Positions 9,678 through 18,379 of a DNA stretch of 64,000 nucleotides are shown piece by piece (positions within the stretch are counted from its first letter, which is position 1; each line of letters begins with the position of its first letter). The DNA lies in NCBI GenBank assembly GCA_963761115.1, contig CAVXFS010000004.1, positions 372,023-436,022 on the forward strand, read 5' to 3'. A program made the position numbers and the translations under genes. The notes under the pieces were generated by a model. The model saw nothing but the letters and a program-made list of their open reading frames with translations, had not been told where the DNA came from and did not search any database. This DNA is from an uncultured beta proteobacterium. GTDB taxonomy: Bacteria > Pseudomonadota > Gammaproteobacteria > Burkholderiales > Gallionellaceae.

Positions 9678-11185
9678 TGAAGACCCTGGAGCCAAGCACC
9701 CTGGTGATATTCGGCGCCGGCGGCAACCTGAGCCGGCGCAAACTGATCCCCTCATTGTTCCGCCTCGAGGTGGCCCAGCGGCTGCCGCAACGGATGGTGA
9801 TACTGGGCTGCGATATCGCGCAGCGCTCGCGCGAAGACTGGCAGGGATTCATCGAGCAGACTTTGCGCGCGGTCCCCGCGCAGGGCAGCATCGACGAGAA
9901 CGCATTGCGGCGTTTTATCTCGCGCCTGTATTACTTTGCCACACCGCTCGGCGATGGCGCGATCTACCAGCGCCTGCAGCAGTTCCTCGATGGCAATGCG
10001 GATTTCCCGCCCAACATGATGTACTACATGTCGGTGCGCCCGTCCGAATTCCCGAAGATCGTGGAAAGCCTCGGCAGCGTCGGCCTGCTGCAGGAAAAGA
10101 ACGGCTGGCGCCGTATCGTGATCGAGAAGCCGTTCGGCTATGACCTGCTCAGCGCGCAGACGCTGCAGGGCAGCCTGTACAGGCACCTGAACGAATCGCA
10201 GATCTACCGCATCGACCATTACCTCGGCAAGGGCACGGTGCAGAACGTGATGGTGTTCCGCTTCGCCAACATCCTGCTGGAACCGCTGTGGAACAACCAC
10301 TACATCGACCATGTGCAGATCACGCATTCGGAAACGGATGGCGTGGAAGGGCGCGCCGATTATTACGAGGGTGCCGGCTCGCTGCGCGACATGATCCAGA
10401 GCCACCTGCTGCAATTGATGGCGCTGGTGGCGATGGAGCCGCCGGTGAGCATGACGGCTGAACACCTGCGCGACGAGAAGGTGAAAGTGCTCAAAGCGAT
10501 CCGGCCGATCACGCAGAACTCGGTGCATGCGCACGCCTTTCGCGGCCAGTACGTCAGCGGCACCATCGCCGGCAAGACCGTGCCCGGCTACCTGGAAGAA
10601 CCGGGCGTGGCGGCGGACAGCACCACCGAGACCTACGCGGCGCTGAAGCTGTTCGTGGACAACTGGCGCTGGGCCGGCGTGCCGTTCTACCTGCGCACCG
10701 GCAAGCGCATGGCCGAGGGCAGCTCGGCCATCTGCATCCGCTTCAAGAATCCGCCGCAGGACCTGCTGCGCCACACGCGCCACGGCCCGTCACAGCCGAA
10801 CTGGATCATGCTCGGCATCCAGCCCAACGACTGCATGAAGATGGAATTGCAGGTCAAGGTGCCGGGGCTGGACCTGCATACCCGCACCATCAGCCTCGAT
10901 GCCACCTACCGCAAGGGCGGCGAGGATGATTACGATGCCTACGAAGGGTTGCTGCTGGACGTGATGTCGGGCGACCACTCGTTGTTCCTGCGCATCGACG
11001 AAGTGGAAGCGGCCTGGCGCGTGGTCGATCCGATCATCAAGGTGTGGGCGATGGAGCGCGACTTCATCAACACCTACCAGGCCGGCAGCTGGGGCCCGCG
11101 CGGCACCTACCGACTGTTCGACCGCGACGACCAGTTCTGGCGCCATTCATTGGATCCGGATGGGGCGGATCTGCAGGCTTATTGA
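9677..11185 (+). CDS. zwf: Glucose-6-phosphate 1-dehydrogenase
   Basis: The N-terminus is MKTLEPSTLVIFGAGGNLSRRKL. The signature RIDHYLGKG and the motif EKPFGYDL are present. The 744-aa ORF in the track is an upstream read-through in a stop-poor frame. Confidence 0.92.
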   Translation: MKTLEPSTLVIFGAGGNLSRRKLIPSLFRLEVAQRLPQRMVILGCDIAQRSREDWQGFIEQTLRAVPAQGSIDENALRRFISRLYYFATPLGDGAIYQRLQQFLDGNADFPPNMMYYMSVRPSEFPKIVESLGSVGLLQEKNGWRRIVIEKPFGYDLLSAQTLQGSLYRHLNESQIYRIDHYLGKGTVQNVMVFRFANILLEPLWNNHYIDHVQITHSETDGVEGRADYYEGAGSLRDMIQSHLLQLMALVAMEPPVSMTAEHLRDEKVKVLKAIRPITQNSVHAHAFRGQYVSGTIAGKTVPGYLEEPGVAADSTTETYAALKLFVDNWRWAGVPFYLRTGKRMAEGSSAICIRFKNPPQDLLRHTRHGPSQPNWIMLGIQPNDCMKMELQVKVPGLDLHTRTISLDATYRKGGEDDYDAYEGLLLDVMSGDHSLFLRIDEVEAAWRVVDPIIKVWAMERDFINTYQAGSWGPRGTYRLFDRDDQFWRHSLDPDGADLQAY

Positions 11186-11194
11186 GCTGGGTTT

Positions 11195-11316
11195 GGGGAG
11201 TAGGGAGTAGGGAGTAGGGAGTAGGGAGTAGGGAGTAGGGAGTAGGGAGTAGGAGTAGGGAGTAGGATGGGAGTAGGAAGTGGGAGGGGAGTAGGGAGTA
11301 GGGAGTAGGGAGTAGG
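11195..11316 (+). repeat. Heptanucleotide microsatellite (GGGAGTA)n, G-rich on + strand
   Basis: Eight perfect GGGAGTA units are followed by degenerate units and then four more perfect units, starting just after the zwf stop codon (11183-11185). A GATGCGGT/ACCGCATC hairpin follows. Confidence 0.95.
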
Positions 11317-11507
11317 ATGCGGTGAGCTTGCGAACCGCATCAATCGCAAATGATGCGCTTGTCTGCGTTCAGCTGCCCAACACAATGCCACCGGTAACCA
11401 TGTTTTCCTGAAACTTATAGTGGAAGGTGAGGTCACATTTTTTAATGCCCGGGATGCAAATTCTTCAAGGCATGTGACACAGCTATGATTTGAAGGGAGG
11501 ATGCTGC

Positions 11508-12302
11508 ATGAATAGAACCATCGGGGTTGTTTTTGTATTGGTGATACTGGCTGGCAGCCTCGCTGCCTATCTTTACTGGCAGCAGGAACAGTCCGGTCCG
11601 GCACCGGAACTTGCGCAAGTCGCAGCCCCTCCTCCTCCGCTCGAACCGCCAGTGCACCAGGTGGTAGAAGCTGCGCAACCGCTGCCCGAATTGCCGATGC
11701 TGGCCGCAAGCGACAGTTTCGTACTCAATGCCCTGGCCGGACTGGTCGGCAACTCGTCATTGATGAAGGCGTTCCGCAGCGATCGCATCATCCACAACAT
11801 TGTCGCCACCATCGATAATCTGCCAAGGATGCGCGCGCCGATGAGCGTGATGCCGATCCGGCCGGCGCCCGGCATGTTCATCACGACCGGCACGGAGGCG
11901 AATCTGGCTATCAGCCCGGACAACGCAGCGCGCTATGCGTCGTACATGAAGATCGCCGGGGCGATGGACAGCAAGCAGCTGGTTGAATTGTATGTCCGCC
12001 TGTATCCGCTGTTTCAACAGTCCTACGAAGAACTGGGCTACCCGAATAAATATTTCAATGACCGCCTGATCGAGGCGATCGATGACCTGATGGCAGCGCC
12101 TGACATCAAGGAGCCGGTCAGACTGGCCCGGCCCGGTGTGCTGTACGAGTACGCCGATCCCGGCCTTGAAGGGCGCTCGATCGGCCAGCGTATCCTGATG
12201 CGCACAGGCAGCAGGAACGAGGCGGCAATAAAGGCGAAGCTGGGCGAGATCAGGCAGGAACTGAAACTGCATATGCATGAGCAGAAACTGCAGGGTTATT
12301 GA
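11508..12302 (+). CDS. DUF3014 domain-containing protein (membrane-anchored)
   Basis: ATG at 11508 follows GGGAGG. The translation has a TM anchor (IGVVFVLVILAGSLAAYLY) and the motifs SDSFVLNALAGL...IIHNIVATIDNLPR...YPLFQQSYEELGYP that I recognise from DUF3014. Confidence 0.75.
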   Translation: MNRTIGVVFVLVILAGSLAAYLYWQQEQSGPAPELAQVAAPPPPLEPPVHQVVEAAQPLPELPMLAASDSFVLNALAGLVGNSSLMKAFRSDRIIHNIVATIDNLPRMRAPMSVMPIRPAPGMFITTGTEANLAISPDNAARYASYMKIAGAMDSKQLVELYVRLYPLFQQSYEELGYPNKYFNDRLIEAIDDLMAAPDIKEPVRLARPGVLYEYADPGLEGRSIGQRILMRTGSRNEAAIKAKLGEIRQELKLHMHEQKLQGY

Positions 12303-12353
12303 GCTTGTAGCTTGTGGCTGGTAGCGGGTAGCTGATTGTCGCGCTGCGCGCTG

Positions 12354-12391
12354 CCTGTAGGTTGGGCTGACGAAGGAAGCCCAACATAATG
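12354..12391. repeat. REP-like hairpin, family D (GTTGGGC-N11-GCCCAAC)
   Basis: The sequence is CCTGTAGGTTGGGCTGACGAAGGAAGCCCAACATAATG. The same motif recurs at 46680-46759 and 56498-56585. Confidence 0.85.
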
Positions 12392-12414
12392 TCTGATCCG
12401 GGTGTGATGATCGT

Positions 12415-13266
12415 TCATTCGCCAAACAGGTGCAGCAGTCCGTCCAGCCCGACGAAGTTCAAGGCATAGCTTGCCTGCGCGCGCACCACGGGCTTGGCGT
12501 GGTAGGCGATGCTGACGCCTGCCTGCGACATCATCTTCAGGTCGTTGGCGCCGTCACCGACGGCGATGACCTGCTCGGGCCGGAGGTTCAATTCGGTGCG
12601 TATCTGCACCAGCCTGTCGGCCTTGCCTTGCGCATCCAGGATAGTGCCGAGCAGGTTGCCGCTGATCTTGCCGTCGACGATCTCCAGTTCGTTGGCGTAG
12701 TTGTAGTCGAGACCCAGGCGCTGTTGCAGGCGCTCGGTGAAGAATGCGAAGCCGCCGGATACCAGCAGCGTGGTGATGCCGTGGTGCTTGAGTTGCGCGA
12801 GCATCTGTTCCGCACCGGGATTCAGCTTGAGGCGCTCGTCATACACGCGCTGCAATGCACTCTGGTCCAGGCCTTTGAGCAAGGCTACGCGGCGGCGCAG
12901 GCTTTCGGCGAATTCGATCTCGCCACGCATTGCGGATTCGGTGATCGCCGACACCTGCGGTTTGAGCTGGTACATGTCGGCGATCTCGTCGATGCACTCG
13001 ATCGAGATCAGCGTGGAGTCCATGTCCATCACCAGCAGCCCGATGTCCGACAGCTTCTGGTGCGGCGGGACGAAGCCGTAATCGAACTGGTGCTCGTGGC
13101 AGTAGGCGGCGATACCGTCCTGCGGACGCGCGTCGTGCAGGCGGTAGACATTTGCGGCGATCTGTTCGGTGCGCCTGGTCAGGGCCAGCCCGGCGATGAA
13201 TTGCAGTTGTGCGGGCGGGATGTGGTGTACAGCCTGGATGATAAGGTTCATTGGTTTTGCAGTCAT
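12415..13266 (-). CDS. serB: Phosphoserine phosphatase
   Basis: The HAD motif I is LLVMDMDSTLISIECIDEIA. Further motifs are LLVSGGF and AVGDGANDLKMM. Confidence 0.9.
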   Translation of the reverse strand: MTAKPMNLIIQAVHHIPPAQLQFIAGLALTRRTEQIAANVYRLHDARPQDGIAAYCHEHQFDYGFVPPHQKLSDIGLLVMDMDSTLISIECIDEIADMYQLKPQVSAITESAMRGEIEFAESLRRRVALLKGLDQSALQRVYDERLKLNPGAEQMLAQLKHHGITTLLVSGGFAFFTERLQQRLGLDYNYANELEIVDGKISGNLLGTILDAQGKADRLVQIRTELNLRPEQVIAVGDGANDLKMMSQAGVSIAYHAKPVVRAQASYALNFVGLDGLLHLFGE

Positions 13267-13454
13267 GCCGGCGGGGCCGGCGTTGATTCAGTGAGATGCG
13301 TGAGAATAACAGGCGCGGACCCTACCGTTCAATATTCCGCTTGTCCAGATGACGTTGTACGTTGAAAAAATGTAATGTCGAACCAACGCGCCGTTTGTTC
13401 GATGTGGATTTTGTGCTTTCCGTATTCCTGGATAATCCTTCAGCCCCAAAAACT

Positions 13455-13898
13455 CCTTCACCCTTAAAAGGGGAAGGAACGTTGCTCCCTCCCCCTTGCA
13501 GGGGGAGGGCTGGGGAGGGGGTAGAGATTCGGCGTTCCCACCGTCATTAATAATCCCACCGTCCTACCCCCATCCTAGTTGCCCCCTCGCTTCGCTCTCC
13601 CCCACTTAAAGGGGGAAGGGACTTGGCCCCCTCCCCCTTGCAGGGGGAGGGCTGGGGAGGGGGTAGAGATTCGGCGTTCCCACCGTCATTAATAATCCCA
13701 CCGTCCTACCCCCATCCTAACCTTCCCCCTTAAAGGGGGAAGGGACTTGGCCCCCTCCCCCTTGCAGGGGGAGGGCTGGGGAGGGGGTAGAGATTCGGCG
13801 TTCCCACCGTCATTAATAATCCCACCGTCCTACCCCCATCCTAACCTTCCCCCTTAAAGGGGGAAGGAACGTTGCTCCCTCCACCTTGCAGGGGGAGC
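13455..13898. repeat. Tandem array of family-A structured repeat modules (periods 142, 124, 124 bp)
   Basis: The CTTAAAG marker recurs at 13463, 13605, 13729 and 13853. Each unit has two 9-bp GC stems (CCTTCCCCC-TTAAA-GGGGGAAGG and CCCTCCCCC-TTGCA-GGGGGAGGG) plus a long-range GGGGGTAG...CTACCCCC pair. There are no unique spacers. Confidence 0.95.
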
Positions 13899-13907
13899 GA
13901 ATACCAT

Positions 13908-14873
13908 TCACGATTGCGCCGATTCGGTCGAGCGCAGCAGTTTCCTGCAGATTTCCGTTACCCGTTGCGGCAGATTCTGTTCCAGGCAATCCAGTTCGAT
14001 GTCGTTCGGCATCGTGCGCAGCCAGGTGAGCTGGCGCTTCGCCAGTTGCCGGGTGGCGGCGATGCCCTTGTCGAGCAATTCGGCTTCAGTGATCTCGCCT
14101 TCGAGGAACTGCCAGGCCTGGCGGTAACCGACACAGCGCATGGCCGGCAGGCTGGAGTGCAATGCATATTTCTGTTTCAGGGCGCGCAGTTCATCCAGCA
14201 AACCGAGCTTCAGCATGTCGCGGAAACGCGATTCGATGCGCGCATGAAGTTGCGCGCGGTCGGACGGGATCAGTGCAATGGCAGTGACGCGGTAAGGCAG
14301 GTCGACGATTTTTTGCATTCCGAGCAGTGCGGACATCGGTTGTCCGCTGATACGATAAATTTCCAGCGCGCGCTGGATGCGCTGGGTGTCGGTCGGCTTC
14401 AGCCGTGCGGATGTCTCGGCATCCACTTGCGCCAGTTGCTGGTGCAGGAAGTGGATACCGTGCTGCGCGATCTCGGCATCGAGGGCGGCGCGGATCTCCG
14501 GATCGGCTTCCGGCAGGTCGTTCAGGCCTTCGCGCAGGGCGCTGAAAATACAGCATGGTGCCGCCCGCCAGCAGCGGGATGTTGCCGCGCTGCGGTGATC
14601 TCGCGCATCAGCTTCAAGGCATCGCGGCGAAACGCGGCGGCGGAATAGGCCGCGGTCGGGTCGAGGATGTCGATCAGGTGATGCGGCGCGCTTGCGAGTG
14701 TCGCTGCGTCCGGCTTGGCCGTGCCGATATCCATGTCGCGATAGACCAGCGCTGAGTCGACGCTGATGATCTCCAGCGGCAGGCGTTGCGCCAGTTCCAC
14801 CGCAACGGCAGTCTTGCCGCTGGCGGTCGGGCCCATCAGGAAGATGGCGGGGGGATGGCGGATCGATGTTCAT
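13908..14873 (-). pseudogene. miaA: tRNA dimethylallyltransferase, three +1 frame disruptions
   Basis: Conserved segments lie in three frames. They are MNIDPPSP, then [21 protein letters not shown]...REITA, then [13 protein letters not shown], then [11 protein letters not shown]...QRIQRALEIY...KRQLTWLR. The junctions are at the G6 run 14849-14854, at about 14586-14592, and at the A4 run 14545-14548. Total length is 966 nt, so the net frame is restored. Confidence 0.85.
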
Positions 14874-16142
14874 GCCAATTCCGTTTCGCGTGTCTCGCGC
14901 ATCGCCAGCACGGCGAGCACGCTGACCGCGGCGGCGGCGGAGATATAGCCGCCGACCCAGGCGAGGCCGCCGTGCAGCACCAGTTTTTGCGCGATGTAGG
15001 GCGCCAGCGATGCACCCAGTATGCCGCCGAGGTTATAGGCCGCGCCCGCCCCGGTGTAGCGCACGCTGGTCGGGAACAGTTCCGGCAGCAGCGCGCCCAT
15101 CGGCGCGTAGGTGGCGCCCATGATGAACAATTCAAGCGAGAGGAACAGCGTGATCAGCAACGGCGAGCCGCTTTGCATCGCCGGCGCGAACAGGAAACCG
15201 GACAGCAGCGCTGCGACGCCGGCGGCGATCAGCACCGGGCGGCGGCCGTAGCGGTCACCCGCGCTTGCGGCCAGCGGCGTGGCGATCGCCATGAACAGGA
15301 TGGCGATGCACAGCATGCCGAGGAATTGCGCGCGCGGGATGTGCAGTGTGGCGACGCCATAGCTGAGCGTGAACACGGTGATCAGGTAGAACAGCGCATA
15401 GCACACCACCATAGCCAGCGCACCGAGGATCAGCGGTTTGGCATGGTGCGCCAGCAGTTGCGCCAGCGGCAGCCGCAGCGGCTTGTGCTCGGCCAATGCT
15501 TTTGCGAACACCGGCGTCTCGGCCAGTTTCAGCCGCACGTAAAGGCCGACGATCACCAGCAACGCACTCGCCAGGAAAGGGATGCGCCAGCCCCAGGCGC
15601 GGAATTGCGCGTCGTCGAGCACGTTGGCCAGCAGCAGGAAGCCGCCGACCGCGAACAGGTAGCCGACCGACGGGCCGAGTTGCGGGAACATGCCGTACCA
15701 GCCGCGCTTGCCTGCCGGCGCATATTCCGCCGCGAGCAGCGCCGCACCGCCCCATTCGCCGCCGAGGCCGATACCCTGGCCGAAGCGCAGCAGGCACAGC
15801 AGCGCGGGCGCAAGCCAGCCGGCGCATCTCGTAGGAAGGCAGCACGCCGACCAGCATGGTGGATACGCCCATCACCAGCAGCGAGGCGACCAGCATGGTC
15901 TTGCGCCCGATGCGGTCGCCGAAATGGCCGAACAGCAAGGAGCCGAACGGGCGGGCGAGAAAGGCCAGGCCGAAGGTGAGGAAGGCATTGAGTTTCTGCA
16001 CTGCCGGATCGTCGTGCGGAAAGAACAGCGGCCCGATCACCATCGCCACGGCGAGACCGTAGATATAGAAATCGTAGAACTCGATCGCCGTGCCGATGAA
16101 ACTGGCGAAGGCGATGCGGGTGGTGGGTGTTGAATCAGTCAT
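14870..16142 (-). pseudogene. MFS transporter (metabolite:H+ symporter family), one frame disruption
   Basis: The N-terminal part ends ...GHFGDRIGRKTMLVASLLVMGVSTMLVGVLPSYE (ORF 15255..16142). It continues in another frame as GWLAPALLCLLRFGQGIGLGGEWGGAALLAAEYAPAGKRGWYGMFPQLGPS... (ORF 14870..15691). The junction is near 15822-15830 and the length is 1273 nt. Confidence 0.8.
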
Positions 16143-16238
16143 TAGTCGCTAGTCTTCGTTAGACGTTAGTCGTTAGTTGGTGTTGTCGCTGCGCGGTTTT
16201 GTTTTAACTAGCGACTAACGTCTAACGACTAACGACTA
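16143..16238. repeat. Long imperfect palindrome, family C (TAGTCGTTAGTCGTTAG arms)
   Basis: The arms at 16143-16178 and 16206-16238 are reverse-complementary, with a loop of about 27 nt (GGTGTTGTCGCTGCGCGGTTTTGTTTT). A second copy at 23132-23219 has the loop inverted. The element fills the gap between the mutL stop and the MFS start. Confidence 0.9.
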
Positions 16239-18144
16239 TTTCCCCCTCATAAACATAGCATCCAGTTCTTCGACCGAGATCTGGAACCAGGTCGGCCGCC
16301 CATGGTTGCACTGGCCGGAGCGCTCGGTGCGTTCCATCTCGCGCAGGATGGCGTTCATCTCCGGCGATGGTCAGTTGCTGGTTGGCGCGCACGGCGGAAT
16401 GGCAGGCCAGCGTGGCGAGCAATTCGTTGCGGCGTTCGGTCAGCGCGCGCGTGGCGCCGAATTCGCGCAGTTCGTGCAGCACGTCGCGCGCGGCGTTTTC
16501 GGCGTGCGAATGCTTGAGCATGGCCGGCATCGCGCGCACGCCAAGCGTGGTCGGCGACAGCGGGGCGATGTCGAAGCCGAGCTGGTGCAGCGTCTCGCGC
16601 TGTTCCTCGGCGGTGGCGATATCCAGCGTGTCGGCGCTGAAAGTCGACCGGGATCAGCAGTTGCTGCGTCGGCATCTGCTGCGCGTCCAGCGCGGTCTTG
16701 AGTTTTTCATACACGATGCGCTCGTGCGCAGCATGCATGTCGACGACGACCAGGCCATGCTGGTTTTGGGCCAGGATGTAGATGCCGGAGAGTTGGGCGA
16801 GGGCGAAGCCTAGAGGAGCTTCGTCCTCTTGGTGAGTGGTGAGTGGGAAGTGGGAAGTGGGAAAACCGCTCCGCCCCCCACTCCCTGGCCCCTCGCTTCG
16901 CTCTCCCACTTTCCACTTTCTTCTTCCCCATTACCACTTTCAGTCTGAACCTCCCACAACCTATACGCCGCCTCCGTTTGCCCAACGCCCAGCGGCATGC
17001 GTTGTTGCTGGAAGCGGAAAGCGCTGTTATCACCGCGCGCTGCGGTATTCGGAGATCCATCGCGCTGCGGTTGTCCATCATCTGGAACTGCGGCAGCGGA
17101 CGCCTGCAGGTTGGCGATCGGTGCGGCCAGCGCCTGCTGCAGCGTGTGGAATACGAACTGGTGTATGCCCTGGCTTTCGCGGAAGCGCACTTCGCTCTTG
17201 GACGGGTGCACGTTCACATCCACCCCTTCCGGCGGCAGGTCGAGGAACAGCACGAAGGCGGGATGCCGCTGGTGGTGCAGGATGTCCTGGTAGGCCTGGC
17301 GCAGCGCGTGCGACAGCACCTTGTCTTGCACGAAGCGGCCATTGACGAAAAAGAACTGGGCATCGCGCCGCGCGCGCGAGTAGGCCGGCAACGAGGCCAT
17401 GCCATACAGTCGCAGGTTCGCCGCCTGGCGATCCACGTTCACGGCGTGCTGGGCGAACTCGTCGCCGAGCAGCGCGGTGATGCGGGGCGGCAGCGCAGTG
17501 GCCCTGTCATCGAGGCCGCTGAGCGGGGCGTCGAGTTGCCAGATGGTGCGGTTGTTGTGCTGCAGTGTGAACGCGACATCCGGGCGCGACAGCGCGATGC
17601 GCTTGAACGCTTCCTCGCACCAGGCGAATTCGGTGGCTTCGGTCTTGAGGAATTTGCGCCGCGCGGGAGTGTTGAAATACAGCTCGCGCATCTCGATGCT
17701 GGTGCCTTGCTCATGGGCTGCGGGCATGGCGGCAGTTTGCGCGCCATCCACGCTTTCGATCTTCCAGGCATGCGCGGATCGCGCGTCGCGGCTGGTCAGG
17801 ACGACCTGCGCCACTGCCGCCATGCTGGCCAGCGCCTCACCACGGAAGCCCATACTGGCGACGCGCTGCAGGTCGTCGAGCGAGGCGATCTTGCTGGTGG
17901 CGTGGCGCATCAAGGCGAACGGCAACTGGTCGGCGGCGATGCCGGCGCCATTGTCGCGCACCCGCAATAACTTGACGCCGCCACCTTCCAGTTGCACCGT
18001 GATTTCCGTTGCCCCTGCATCCAGGCTGTTCTCCAGCAGTTCCTTGAGCGCAGAAGCCGGGCGCTCGATCACCTCGCCGGCGGCGATCTGGTTGATGAGC
18101 AAGTCGGGTAACAGGCGTATGGCGGACATGGCGGTATCGTGCAT
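16236..18144 (-). pseudogene. mutL: DNA mismatch repair protein MutL, at least three frame disruptions
   Basis: The N-terminal GHKL ATPase is intact (NQIAAGEVIERPASALKELLENSLDAG; ORF 16810..18144). The C-terminal domain is split into [36 protein letters not shown]...LLIPV, then [28 protein letters not shown]...RAMPAMLKH...QQLTIA, then [41 protein letters not shown]. Junctions lie within 16815-16909, at the A3 run 16640-16642, and at about 16361-16364. The in-frame stop is TAG at 16236-16238. An alternative start is ATG at 18129 (MSAIRLLP). Confidence 0.85.
16831..16929. repeat. Palindromic repeat element embedded in the mutL linker coding region
   Basis: GGTGAGT x2 and GGGAAGT x2-3 (16831-16862) pair imperfectly with TCCCACTTTCCACTTTC (16904-16920). 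The loop contains CCCCTCGCTTCGCTCTCCC, a motif also present in family-A copies at 13575-13593 and, as its reverse complement, 4492-4510. Confidence 0.75.
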
Positions 18145-18153
18145 TATATCGAA

Positions 18154-18190
18154 GCATAAAGGGGTCAGAGCCCTTTAATTGCTTTAATTG
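18154..18190 (+). repeat. REP, family E (GCATAAAGGGGTCAGAGCCCTTTAATTGCTTTAATTG)
   Basis: It contains an AAAGGG/CCCTTT hairpin. It lies about 10 bp upstream of the mutL ATG at 18144. Confidence 0.9.
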
Positions 18191-18379
18191 GGAATCCGGT
18201 TATGGGACGACTGGCGGTATCGGGTTCGAAGCTGATTTGCGCCGGATCACGCCGGTCCGGCGGGATGAAAAAAATTGGCAATAAATGTCCCGCTTACCAT
18301 AAAATCCGGTCTGGTTCTATCGGATGGAGTCATGGGATGAATCGGGCCCAATCCGCTTACGGCATCAAGAGGGTTCGTG

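Noticed and set aside
8951-11185. A 744-aa ORF suggesting a fused or extended zwf.
   Set aside because: The upstream 242 codons overlap gnd in another frame and read as Arg/Gly/Ala-rich noise. The canonical Zwf N-terminus (MKTLEPSTLVIFGAGGNL) starts at 9677 and is coupled to the gnd stop.
13455-13898. Regularly spaced repeats that could be mistaken for a CRISPR array.
   Set aside because: The whole ~124-bp unit repeats, so there are no unique spacers between short direct repeats. No cas genes are present and the same module occurs singly elsewhere.
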